64,000 bases of DNA from Candidatus Saccharimonadales bacterium (GTDB taxonomy: Bacteria; Patescibacteriota; Saccharimonadia; Saccharimonadales; EFPC-124), in NCBI GenBank assembly GCA_050730875.1, contig JBOHNX010000002.1, positions 220,805 through 284,804 on the forward strand. The letters run 5' to 3'. Made by a program: the position numbers and the translations under genes. The notes under the pieces were generated by a model. The model did not search any database. It saw only the letters and a list, made by a program, of their open reading frames with translations, and was not told the origin of the DNA. Positions 9,664 to 18,093 of this stretch are shown here, piece by piece (position 1 is the stretch's first letter; each line of letters begins with the position of its first letter).

Positions 9664-10923
9664 ATGCACGAAGCTGAACATCCGCAGAGAGGCAGACGAG
9701 GAGGAGTGAAAACAGCAATTTCGGCATGGTTGGCAGCAGGGAGTCATGGTTTGCCTACACGCCACTTGCAGATAATTGTAGTCACCGGGAGCGATGGCAG
9801 CTCTTCGACTGTAGCTTTTTTGGCCGAAATTCTAAAAGCTGCGGGCGAGCGCGTCGGGGTTATTACGCAAAATTATGTCGAAATAGCTGGCGAGCGTGCC
9901 TCTGGCAGTGACCAAGCCGGCATTCTAGATGAACCATACAAATTACAGGCACTCCTGGCGCAAATGCACAAAAGCAAATGCCGGTATGTGCTTATTGAAA
10001 TGCCAGCAAGTATTCCGGCGCATAAGTTTGTTGGTGTTCCTTTGACCATGGTTGTAGTGCGTCGCTGCGGTGATTCGCACGTTGACCAAGCGTCGGTTAT
10101 GTCGCGTAAAACAGCGGTCGGCCGTATTTTGTCGCGCCAACCGCGCTATATTGTACTGAACCACGACGATGCTTGTTATGACGACCTGGTCAAATATCAA
10201 GCGGAAGAATTGCGGATGACCTACGGGGCGCATCAGCAAGCAGAGTGCCGTATTCGTAATGTTCATCTGCACCCCAAAGGCAGCTCGATAGAGCTCATCA
10301 TAGATCATCAAACTGGAGTAAGTTTAACAACAGAGCTCCCAGGCAAACAGGCAATTTACAGCGTGGTAGCGGCCGCTGCCGCAGCGTATATGCTGCATGT
10401 TTCGATCGAACACATCGAATCTGGCATTGCGAATATTAGGCAAATACCGTTCCAGTTTGAGCAGCTTAGCATTGAACGGCCGTTTAACCTGGTGCTCGAT
10501 AGTTCGAGCACGCCCGAAGGAATTGCCGAGATTCTCGAGACGCTAAAGCACTTCGCACATAATCGTGTGATTGTCGTTTTGGGTGGGCAGCTTGGACAGT
10601 CGGCCCATTGGCGGCCGGTCATTGGCGAGATTGCTGCTAAGTATGCTGATAGAATCGTCCTAACAGACGGCGACTACGCACCGACCGAAAGCGCTCTAAC
10701 TGTGCGCGAGGGCTTTCGGCAGGGCGTTTTTGCCGCATCTGGCGAAGCAATGCTTGATGAAGTCCCTGACCGCATGGCCGCCTTCGAAAAAGCACTCAGT
10801 ATTGCTCGTAGAGGAGACGCAATTGTTATTTGTTCTGCTGCGCCGCGTCCGTACCGGCAGGTCGGTACCGAACGTGTGGCTTGGGATGATAAAGGGAAGA
10901 TCGAGGAACTCCTAGGAGGGTAA
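9664..10923 (+). CDS. Full-length MurE paralog with degenerate catalytic motifs (probable pseudo-enzyme)
   Basis: 419 aa and collinear with the upstream MurE. The P-loop reads VTGSDGSSST (Lys lost). DHLDYH is absent. LDSSSTPEGI replaces VDYAHTPDAL. LGGQLGQSAHWRPVIG replaces GATGDRDKTKRPEMG. Confidence 0.65.
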   Translation: MHEAEHPQRGRRGGVKTAISAWLAAGSHGLPTRHLQIIVVTGSDGSSSTVAFLAEILKAAGERVGVITQNYVEIAGERASGSDQAGILDEPYKLQALLAQMHKSKCRYVLIEMPASIPAHKFVGVPLTMVVVRRCGDSHVDQASVMSRKTAVGRILSRQPRYIVLNHDDACYDDLVKYQAEELRMTYGAHQQAECRIRNVHLHPKGSSIELIIDHQTGVSLTTELPGKQAIYSVVAAAAAAYMLHVSIEHIESGIANIRQIPFQFEQLSIERPFNLVLDSSSTPEGIAEILETLKHFAHNRVIVVLGGQLGQSAHWRPVIGEIAAKYADRIVLTDGDYAPTESALTVREGFRQGVFAASGEAMLDEVPDRMAAFEKALSIARRGDAIVICSAAPRPYRQVGTERVAWDDKGKIEELLGG

Positions 10924-10929
10924 TTCTTT

Positions 10930-11649
10930 ATGGACGATGATAAACCGGCAAGCGAGCACTGGCGTCGCCGCTTAAAGCAGCTCGACACCATGGCGGCCAC
11001 GGCAACAGCTGCCGTGCGCTATGGCTTGCCGGCGTATGGCGCGCGGATTATCGTAACCACTGGAGAAACTGGCATTTTAACGCCAATGACCCGAGCGATC
11101 TTAAAAACTGCCGGGCATACGGTGGCCACGCTTCACGCGCCGACTAAAGGGCACAAGTGGGAGGTGCAAAAAGAGCTCGCCGCCGTGCGCCGAAAACTGT
11201 GTGACATTGTGATTATCTCGGTCCCGGCCCACGCGACTGGCCTAGGAGCGATGTGGGGCTTGCCGATTGCTGCCGTGGCCGTATGCGAAGCACCAGCTGC
11301 ATCGTTACAGGCCGAACAGTTTAGGACAGTTACAAAGTTGCTCACACGGGCCCGAGAGCTGGCGGTACTCGATATAAACGGCGCTGACTTTGTGGCGCTG
11401 GAGCGTTCGTGCAAGGCGGATGTGCAAACATATGGCGATGCCGACTTGGCAGATACTCGACTGGTTGTGCACACGCACGGTACCCATAGCACTACCTGCG
11501 TGGTCGAAACACACGATGAACAGGTAGAATTCCATATTCCACGGCCCGAACCCGAGGCGTTGGTTGCGGCTTTAGCAGCTATTACGCTGGCGCGTTTTTA
11601 CGATGTAGACGACGAACTCATCCAAAGCGGTCTATTTGCCGCGAAGTAG
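10930..11649 (+). CDS. Truncated MurE paralog (N-terminal and central-domain equivalent only), P-loop degenerate
   Basis: 239 aa. RYGLPAYGARIIVTTGETGILTPMTRAILKTAGHTV aligns with RYGFPARGAQVIMVTGTNGKTTTAALITRMLQHAGHKV of MurE. The C-terminal domain is missing. Confidence 0.55.
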   Translation: MDDDKPASEHWRRRLKQLDTMAATATAAVRYGLPAYGARIIVTTGETGILTPMTRAILKTAGHTVATLHAPTKGHKWEVQKELAAVRRKLCDIVIISVPAHATGLGAMWGLPIAAVAVCEAPAASLQAEQFRTVTKLLTRARELAVLDINGADFVALERSCKADVQTYGDADLADTRLVVHTHGTHSTTCVVETHDEQVEFHIPRPEPEALVAALAAITLARFYDVDDELIQSGLFAAK

Positions 11650-12609
11650 TTTTTTGGCTTTGTAGGCACCACGGTACAGATGATAAGTGACGCTTACGGG
11701 CATTTCCCAAGTGCCAAGGTATGCCTTGTAGCCGCCGCCAAACGATCGCTTAAAGCGCGAAAAGCCGGCCCAAGGGTGATTAGGCTGGTCGGGTGGGGCA
11801 ATGCCGTAAAAATCGAACAATTTTTGGCCGTTTGTTTTAGCTTCGAAGATCATCGTGCTGACCAGTGGAGTGCCAGGATGAAGCTTACGTGCTTCGGTGC
11901 GTGATCCGGCATGCGCATAGTAGCGAGTGTTCGGGCTATCGAAGACCAGTGCGCTGGCAACCGGCATGCCATCGTGCTCGCCAATGTACATGGTCATGGC
12001 GGCGCGCGGCATCAAACTACTGGCCATTTTCTCGTAGTAGCTGTCTGGGTGCGGTTGCATCCCTGTATTTTTAGCGACTTCGTGGATCATGTCGAGAAAT
12101 ACATGCAAATCTCCAACATTGCGGGTAGAGCGGAAGGTGAGCCCTTTGTTAATGGCGGTGCGGTGCAGGTTGCGGTTGGTTGCCGACATTTCGGTCATCA
12201 GCTCGTCTTCGCTGCGGGTGAGATCCTTCACCCAAGTGAGGCGAGGTTGAATATCTTTAAGCGCTGGCTTGAGCCCATGCGCGCGCAGTTTTTCTTCGGC
12301 GATGGGAACGACGGGTTCCATGCGCACAAACAGAGCCGACTGTGCTTTGGCAAGCTGCTTGAGCGCAGCCAAAGCCTGGTTGAGTGCTTCTGCATTTTTA
12401 GCATAGGGCCCGTAAGGACAATAGAGGCGAGTACCAGTCCGACTTTTCTCGAGAATAGCTAGACACTGCCAGCCATCACCGCTGGCGTAAAAGATTGGTT
12501 TGCCAAGCGCTGACTGAAATGCCGCCCAGTGGCTACTCTGTAAAAAATGTCCACCGGCTGCAAAAAGCGCTACGTCCCATTGTTCGTCTGGAATACCTTG
12601 TTGCCACAT
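11632..12609 (-). CDS. FemAB-family peptidoglycan interpeptide-bridge aminoacyltransferase (FemX-like)
   Basis: 325 aa. Blocks QSSHWAAF, LYCPYGP, IQPRLTWVKDL, YYAHAGS and LFDFYGI...HPWAGFSRFKRSFGG are typical of FemA/B/X. The 3' end overlaps the convergent Mur paralog by 18 nt. Confidence 0.72.
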   Translation of the reverse strand: MWQQGIPDEQWDVALFAAGGHFLQSSHWAAFQSALGKPIFYASGDGWQCLAILEKSRTGTRLYCPYGPYAKNAEALNQALAALKQLAKAQSALFVRMEPVVPIAEEKLRAHGLKPALKDIQPRLTWVKDLTRSEDELMTEMSATNRNLHRTAINKGLTFRSTRNVGDLHVFLDMIHEVAKNTGMQPHPDSYYEKMASSLMPRAAMTMYIGEHDGMPVASALVFDSPNTRYYAHAGSRTEARKLHPGTPLVSTMIFEAKTNGQKLFDFYGIAPPDQPNHPWAGFSRFKRSFGGGYKAYLGTWEMPVSVTYHLYRGAYKAKKLLRGK

Positions 12610-12641
12610 CTTGCTATTAGACTACCATGTTTTTGACATGC

Positions 12642-12666
12642 AAAAGCCCAGCGCAAGGCTGGGCTG
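12642..12666 (-). terminator. Rho-independent terminator after the 12675..12887 gene
   Basis: The minus strand reads CAGCCCAGC-CTTGC-GCTGGGC-TTTT directly after the stop codon. Confidence 0.5.
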
Positions 12667-12674
12667 TTCGCACC

Positions 12675-12887
12675 TTACTCGGCGGTTTGGAAGCCAATCT
12701 GCTCGACCAGATACTCCCCGACTGCGCCTAGCGCGTCACGGACGTATGAGTGTAAGTCTCCGCCGGCCGTGATAAGCACGACCTGCTCGTGCACCGAGCC
12801 ATCGGCTGTCGCATAGACAGCACGGTAGCTCACTCCCTGCACGTGGTGGCGGGCAGCGTGGAAACGGCGGGTGAATGCCTTGGACAT
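12675..12887 (-). CDS. Hypothetical small protein
   Basis: 70-aa ORF, 3 nt downstream of the preceding gene in the same orientation and followed by a terminator. No motif recognised. Confidence 0.4.
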   Translation of the reverse strand: MSKAFTRRFHAARHHVQGVSYRAVYATADGSVHEQVVLITAGGDLHSYVRDALGAVGEYLVEQIGFQTAE

Positions 12888-12890
12888 CGG

Positions 12891-13202
12891 TTAGTCCTCC
12901 TCGACTGTGAGTGTAGCTGGCTCATCGCTTGGCCGGTCTTGCTCATAGTTGTAGTAGGTGTCGATGTTGACGGTGCGCATGTTCTCGCCGATGTACTCAA
13001 CACCGACAATTTTCCACTTCGCGTCGGCTTCTGACGGATGAAGTCCAGTGATTCGGATCACAAATTCACGCACTTCGTCTGTCTCGGTATTCCTGGCGGT
13101 GAGCGTCACCCATCTTCGCTCGAAAAGGGCGTTGGTCACTTCCATCTCGACTTCAGCAGAACTCACCGGCACGGTAACTTTATACGTTACGATTCCGGGC
13201 AT
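12891..13202 (-). CDS. Hypothetical small beta-rich acidic protein
   Basis: The ATG at 13202 is preceded by GGAGGAGG at a 9-nt spacing. No motif recognised. Confidence 0.45.
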   Translation of the reverse strand: MPGIVTYKVTVPVSSAEVEMEVTNALFERRWVTLTARNTETDEVREFVIRITGLHPSEADAKWKIVGVEYIGENMRTVNIDTYYNYEQDRPSDEPATLTVEED

Positions 13203-13321
13203 TGGGTTCACCTCCTCCAAACCTTGTAAGGTACGAATGTTGTATCAAAATACCATAAATACAATAAAAAGTCAATATCGTATAATGAATCACAGTTCAT
13301 AAAAACCGTGGAGGGTTATAG

Positions 13322-14662
13322 GTGAATACCGAAATTTTCAAGGCGTACGATGTGCGCGGTAAGGTGGGTTCTGAGTTAACTGCTGAAGTGTGCCAACGGA
13401 TAGGCCGTGCACTTGCGACCTGGTTACCAGGCGAGGGCGCTGTTGCCGTGGGGCGTGACATGCGACCGGATTCTGCCGAACTTGCGGCTGCTGTGGTTGC
13501 CGGCTTGCGCGCCCAAGGCCGAGACGTATGGGATATTGGCGAAGTTACATCTGACATGATCTATTTTGCAGTTGGTCACTACGGGCTTGCCGGTGGCGCT
13601 ATGATTACCGCCAGTCACAACCCAGGCGAATACAACGGTATTAAGTTCTGTCGAGAAGAGGCCAAACCCATCGGCATCGAAACTGGCTTGGCTGACGTTC
13701 GCGACCTAGCTGCTAAAAACGAATTCGACAGCTCATTGGGTGAGGGTAAGCTCGAGCAAAAAGACGTGGTTGAAGACTGGGTGACACATGCGCTCGGTTT
13801 TGTTAAGGCAAAGAAATGGCCTGCTTACAAAGTGGCAATCGATGCCGGTAACGGCATGGCCGGAGCGATTATTCCGCATCTCGAACCAAAAGTACCGCTG
13901 AAAATCGTGCCAATGTACTTCGAGCTTGATGGAACCTTCCCAAACCATATTGCAAACCCGCTTGAGCCAAAGAACCTGGTGGATTTGCAGCAAAAAATCA
14001 AAGAAGAAGGCTGTGACTTTGGCGTGGCATTCGACGGCGACGGCGACCGCGCTGTGTTGATCGACGAAAAGGGTGAAGCGCTCTCCGGCACCGTCATGAC
14101 CGCTATCCTGGCAAAGTACTTCCTCTCCAAAAATCCTGGCGCGACCATTTTGCACAATGCCATCTGTGGCCGCGTGGCACCAGAAACAATTACCGCCAAT
14201 GGTGGCACCCCGAAGCGCACAAAAGTTGGCCACAGCTTTATTAAAGCCGACATGCGCACGCACGATGCCGTATTTGCCGGCGAACACTCGGGGCACTACT
14301 ACTTTAAAGATAACTTCTGCGCTGATTCTGGTTTAATTGCCGCCTTGGTTGCTATCCAGGTGCTTGCCGAAAGTGGCAAAAAACTGAGCGAGCTGGCCGA
14401 TGAATTCCGCACGCAGTATGTGTCTATTCCAGAAACTAACTTCGAGGTTGCCGATAAAGATGCTGCAATCGCCAAAATCTTGGCTGCGTTTACCGACGGC
14501 GAACAAGATACGCTCGACGGCTTAACCGTTAATTACGAAAGCTCATGGTTCAACGTTCGCGGCAGCAACACGGAGCCACTCCTGCGTCTTAACGCCGAGG
14601 CTCGGACCAAAGAAGAGCTTGATGACTTGGTGGCCAACGTTACGGCTGTCATTGAGAACTAA
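13322..14662 (+). CDS. Phosphomannomutase/phosphoglucomutase (alpha-D-phosphohexomutase)
   Basis: 446 aa. Active-site TASHNPGEYNGIK, Mg loop FDGDGDR, sugar loop GEHSGH. GTG start with GGAGGG RBS. Confidence 0.85.
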   Translation: MNTEIFKAYDVRGKVGSELTAEVCQRIGRALATWLPGEGAVAVGRDMRPDSAELAAAVVAGLRAQGRDVWDIGEVTSDMIYFAVGHYGLAGGAMITASHNPGEYNGIKFCREEAKPIGIETGLADVRDLAAKNEFDSSLGEGKLEQKDVVEDWVTHALGFVKAKKWPAYKVAIDAGNGMAGAIIPHLEPKVPLKIVPMYFELDGTFPNHIANPLEPKNLVDLQQKIKEEGCDFGVAFDGDGDRAVLIDEKGEALSGTVMTAILAKYFLSKNPGATILHNAICGRVAPETITANGGTPKRTKVGHSFIKADMRTHDAVFAGEHSGHYYFKDNFCADSGLIAALVAIQVLAESGKKLSELADEFRTQYVSIPETNFEVADKDAAIAKILAAFTDGEQDTLDGLTVNYESSWFNVRGSNTEPLLRLNAEARTKEELDDLVANVTAVIEN

Positions 14663-14664
14663 AA

Positions 14665-14691
14665 ACACGACCGCAGTCGTGTGGATTTTTG
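14665..14691 (+). terminator. Rho-independent terminator after the PMM/PGM gene
   Basis: ACACGAC-CGCA-GTCGTGT followed by GGATTTTT. Confidence 0.55.
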
Positions 14692-14703
14692 TACAAGGAA
14701 GAC

Positions 14704-14730
14704 TTGGCACTCGTACGTTTTGAGTGCTAA
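14704..14730. promoter_or_regulatory. CIRCE operator (HrcA binding site) upstream of groES
   Basis: TTGGCACTC-N9-GAGTGCTAA versus the consensus TTAGCACTC-N9-GAGTGCTAA (1 mismatch), 68 nt upstream of the groES ATG. Confidence 0.85.
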
Positions 14731-14797
14731 TATAAAGGGCGACCCCCGCCACTGCGGGTTCTTGAAAAGACTTTTATAAAGGAGGAAACGTCAGATT

Positions 14798-15064
14798 ATG
14801 AGCGTACCTATAAAGCCGCTTGCCGACCGCGTTGTTGCGGTTAAGGAAGAAACAAAAGCCAAAACCGCCTCTGGTCTCTACTTGCCAGACAGCGCTAAGG
14901 AAAAATCGTCTGTAGCAGTCGTGAAGGCTGTTGGCCCAGATGTAAAGGGTTTGAAAACGGGCGATAAGGTTATCTACAAAGAGTACACGCAGACAGATCT
15001 CAAGGTAGATGGTACCGAGTACCTGATTATTAAAGAAGAAGACATTCTCGCTACTGTAGCGTAA
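14798..15064 (+). CDS. groES: Co-chaperonin GroES
   Basis: 88 aa. PLADRVVV..EE.E.KTASGLYLPD mobile-loop region. Immediately upstream of groEL. Confidence 0.95.
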   Translation: MSVPIKPLADRVVAVKEETKAKTASGLYLPDSAKEKSSVAVVKAVGPDVKGLKTGDKVIYKEYTQTDLKVDGTEYLIIKEEDILATVA

Positions 15065-15082
15065 CTAGGAGGTTAAAGTTTC

Positions 15083-16729
15083 ATGGCCAAAAAAGTTTTT
15101 TACGATGATGACGCCCGCCAGCGCGTGCTCGGCGGAGCCAAAGCACTCTACGATGCTGTAAAAGTAACAATGGGTCCAAAGGGACGCAACGTAGTAATTA
15201 GCAAAAGCTACGGTGGTCCAACGGTAACGCACGATGGCGTAACAGTTGCCAAAGGTGTTGAATTGCCAGAAGACGATGACAGCACGCTTGGCTACAAAGT
15301 TGGTGCCGAACTTATCAAACAAGCTGCCAACAAAATGAACGACGTTGCAGGTGACGGTACTACCACTGTTACTGTGCTGACCTACAACATCCTCAATGAA
15401 GCAAACCGCCTCATTGCCGCTGGCCACAACCCGATGGAACTGCGAAAAGGCGTAGAACAAGCTGGCGCCGAAGTGCTGGCCAAACTGAGTGGCATGGCCG
15501 AAGATATCGGCAGCAACAAAGCCCGAGTAGCCGAAGTTGCCACCATTAGTGCCGGCGATGCTGAAATTGGTGAACTGATTGCCGATGTCATTAGCAAAGT
15601 TGGCAAGGACGGCGTTGTGACCGTAGAAGAAGGCCAGGGTCTTCACCTCGAGAGCGAAGTCGTAGAAGGCTTTACTATGGACCGCGGCTTTGTGAGTGCC
15701 TACATGGTTAGCGACGCGGCCCGCATGGAAGCTGTCTACGAAAAACCGGCAGTCGTTATTACCGACAAGAAAATTGCGAATATCCAAGAATTCCTGCCTG
15801 TGCTCGAAAAACTAGCGCAAACCGGCAAGAAAGACCTCGTGCTGATTGCCGAAGATGTCGAGGGCGAAGCACTGACAACCCTAGTGCTCAACAAGCTCAA
15901 GGGTGTGTTCAACACCGTTGCCGTGAAGGCTCCAGCCTTTGGCGATCGCCGCAAGGAAGTGCTGCAAGACCTCGCGGTGCTGACTGGCGCAACGGTTATT
16001 ACCGAAGAACAAGGCCATAGCTTCGAAAGCTTTGATCTGAGCATGGCCGGTTCTGCCCGCAAAGTGATTGTTGGTAAAGATCAAACCACTATTATCGAAG
16101 GCGGTGGCAACCCGCTGGAGGCAGAAGCACGCATTAAGCAAATCCGTGCACAAGCTACCGGTGCGACTAGCGAGTACGACAAAGAAAACTACGAAAAGCG
16201 CGCTGCTGCGCTGAGCGGCAAAGTTGCTGTCATCAAAGTAGGTGGCGCAACCGAGACCGAAATTGAAGAAAAGAAATTCCGCGTCGATGACGCCGTGGCC
16301 GCAACCAAAGCTGCGCTAGATGAAGGCATTGTAGCTGGTGGTGGTGTCACGCTTGTTGACCTGAGCAAAACGATTAAAGTCGAAGGTACAGACAGTATTA
16401 CCGCTGGCCGCCAGATCCTTAAGACAGCTCTTCTTGCCCCATTCCATCAACTAATGCATAACGCAGGCATTAACCCCGATGTGAAGTTTGATGCGATTAA
16501 GAAGAGTAATAAGGCCGGCCAAGGGTTTGACGTAAACGACTCAGAGAAGCTTGTTGACCTCAAGACCAAGGGTATCGTTGACCCAGCTCGTGTCACCAAA
16601 GAAGCCGTACAAAACGCAGTTTCAATCGCTGCAACTGCAATGACAATGGGTGCGCTCGTGGTAGAAATCCCCGAAAAGGAAGCCCCAGCGCCAGCCGGCG
16701 GCATGCCCGGCGGTATGGGAATGATGTAG
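15083..16729 (+). CDS. groEL: Chaperonin GroEL
   Basis: 548 aa. AGDGTTTVTVL ATP motif and C-terminal GGMPGGMGMM tail. Confidence 0.97.
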   Translation: MAKKVFYDDDARQRVLGGAKALYDAVKVTMGPKGRNVVISKSYGGPTVTHDGVTVAKGVELPEDDDSTLGYKVGAELIKQAANKMNDVAGDGTTTVTVLTYNILNEANRLIAAGHNPMELRKGVEQAGAEVLAKLSGMAEDIGSNKARVAEVATISAGDAEIGELIADVISKVGKDGVVTVEEGQGLHLESEVVEGFTMDRGFVSAYMVSDAARMEAVYEKPAVVITDKKIANIQEFLPVLEKLAQTGKKDLVLIAEDVEGEALTTLVLNKLKGVFNTVAVKAPAFGDRRKEVLQDLAVLTGATVITEEQGHSFESFDLSMAGSARKVIVGKDQTTIIEGGGNPLEAEARIKQIRAQATGATSEYDKENYEKRAAALSGKVAVIKVGGATETEIEEKKFRVDDAVAATKAALDEGIVAGGGVTLVDLSKTIKVEGTDSITAGRQILKTALLAPFHQLMHNAGINPDVKFDAIKKSNKAGQGFDVNDSEKLVDLKTKGIVDPARVTKEAVQNAVSIAATAMTMGALVVEIPEKEAPAPAGGMPGGMGMM

Positions 16730-16757
16730 TTCCAGAATCTCAATTAAAATAAAAAAA

Positions 16758-16782
16758 CAGCCCGCTAAAAGGGCTGTTTTTG
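16758..16782 (+). terminator. Rho-independent terminator after groEL
   Basis: CAGCCC-GCTAAAA-GGGCTG followed by TTTTTG, flanked upstream by an A-run. Confidence 0.7.
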
Positions 16783-16869
16783 TTTAGTAAGTTTGACAAA
16801 ACTGCCAAACGGCGACAGTATGGTTTTTGGTATTGTCATGGAGGTCTATCCCGAAGGAGGGCAGAGCGA

Positions 16870-17418
16870 GTGGCGCCGCGGCTTACAAACCCAGTGCGGA
16901 ACTATTTGCAGCAGAGGGGCGTGGAATCTACCGTTAGACGCAATTTAGTTGCTCGCATTGCGCAGGGTATAGGGCATAAAGGGGAGTCGGAAGAAACGCT
17001 CAGGGCTCTCGAACATTTGGAAAGAACTGGGGAGGCTAAGCTTAGCTGGGAAGGGAAACATTTGATGAGTGCGGAATTCATCCCCCCTGAAAAGCGCCGA
17101 CAGGCCGATAAGCCCGAGCCGGATGATGATCCTGGAGCGGAAGTGCTCGAAGAAGCGACTCCTCAAGAACCAGAACCCCCCGGATTGGCAGCTCGGGAAA
17201 AACTTGCAAGTATCATTTCTGACCTAGAGAAGAAGCTTGCCGAAGCAGAGAAACGCGCAGCACACTACAAAGCTGAACGAGACGCCGCAGTGGAGTTGGC
17301 CGATGAGTATGAAGCCGAAGTATCGGCACTGAGAGAGAAGCTGCAGGCACTGGAAAAAACCGTCAACGAGATAGACCCGCGGACTGCAGAGATACTGCAG
17401 CGTTACCATAAGCTCTAA
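16870..17418 (+). CDS. Hypothetical protein: basic N-terminal helical domain, acidic/Pro linker, C-terminal coiled coil
   Basis: The frame is open from 16780, but that region overlaps the groEL terminator and a TTGACA-17-CAGTAT promoter-like site. GTG at 16870 lies 9 nt after AGGAGG. C-terminal heptad-like KKLAEAEKRAAHYKAERD...LREKLQALEKT. Confidence 0.4.
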   Translation: MAPRLTNPVRNYLQQRGVESTVRRNLVARIAQGIGHKGESEETLRALEHLERTGEAKLSWEGKHLMSAEFIPPEKRRQADKPEPDDDPGAEVLEEATPQEPEPPGLAAREKLASIISDLEKKLAEAEKRAAHYKAERDAAVELADEYEAEVSALREKLQALEKTVNEIDPRTAEILQRYHKL

Positions 17419-17434
17419 CCTCTATGGCAGATCG

Positions 17435-17465
17435 GCCACGTCGCACCCAGCGGCGTGGCTTTTTC
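17435..17465 (+). terminator. Rho-independent terminator-like hairpin
   Basis: GCCACG-N13-CGTGGC followed by TTTTT. Confidence 0.45.
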
Positions 17466-17524
17466 ATTTGTTTGTAGGGTATGTGTATGTTAAAGTAATA
17501 CCATAAAAATTACGGGAGTCAAAC

Positions 17525-18088
17525 ATGACTGACAAAGACCCGGTTCTGACGATAGCCGGTAGAGTACCTTGTATTGGCCGAACAGATGTTGGACATGACT
17601 ATAAGCTTGGTAAAGCTGCTGCAAAAGCAGGTGACTTCAGCAGAACGCGCGAATTAGCCGAAAGTCTACGCCGTTTTTCTCGGCAACACGTACTTTATAT
17701 GCTTGGGGGGGTAGCAACTGCAGTTATTCATATAGCTAATGCAAAAAATGGCGGACCTATTGATACGGCCGAAGCAGTTTACGATGGAATTTACGCTTTG
17801 GCACAAGCTTCGTTTGTACGTAGCCAAGCTACACTTTCACGTAAGTTGTACGAAAAAGCCGATGCGGCTGAGGCGTATCAACTCGCATCAGAAACCAGTA
17901 GCGATATCCATACGGCAGAAGATTCTACTTTGGCGACTCGTGTTGCAACCAAACAGCACACAGAGCAAGAACGGCCAACTCCTCCAATGAAAGATAAGCT
18001 ATTTACCGCAGCCACCCAGGGCACGTTTGCTATAACGGCGATCCACGCGGCCATGGAGTTAGCTTCGGCTGCTTCCGACCAACTCTAG
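17525..18088 (+). CDS. Hypothetical protein
   Basis: 187-aa ORF, Ala-rich and helical-looking. GGGAG RBS upstream. No motif recognised. Confidence 0.4.
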   Translation: MTDKDPVLTIAGRVPCIGRTDVGHDYKLGKAAAKAGDFSRTRELAESLRRFSRQHVLYMLGGVATAVIHIANAKNGGPIDTAEAVYDGIYALAQASFVRSQATLSRKLYEKADAAEAYQLASETSSDIHTAEDSTLATRVATKQHTEQERPTPPMKDKLFTAATQGTFAITAIHAAMELASAASDQL

Positions 18089-18093
18089 CCGCT

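Noticed and set aside
15065-15787. 240-aa ORF antisense to groEL
   Set aside because: It lies entirely inside the strongly conserved groEL frame on the opposite strand. Its low-complexity, biased composition is typical of shadow ORFs.
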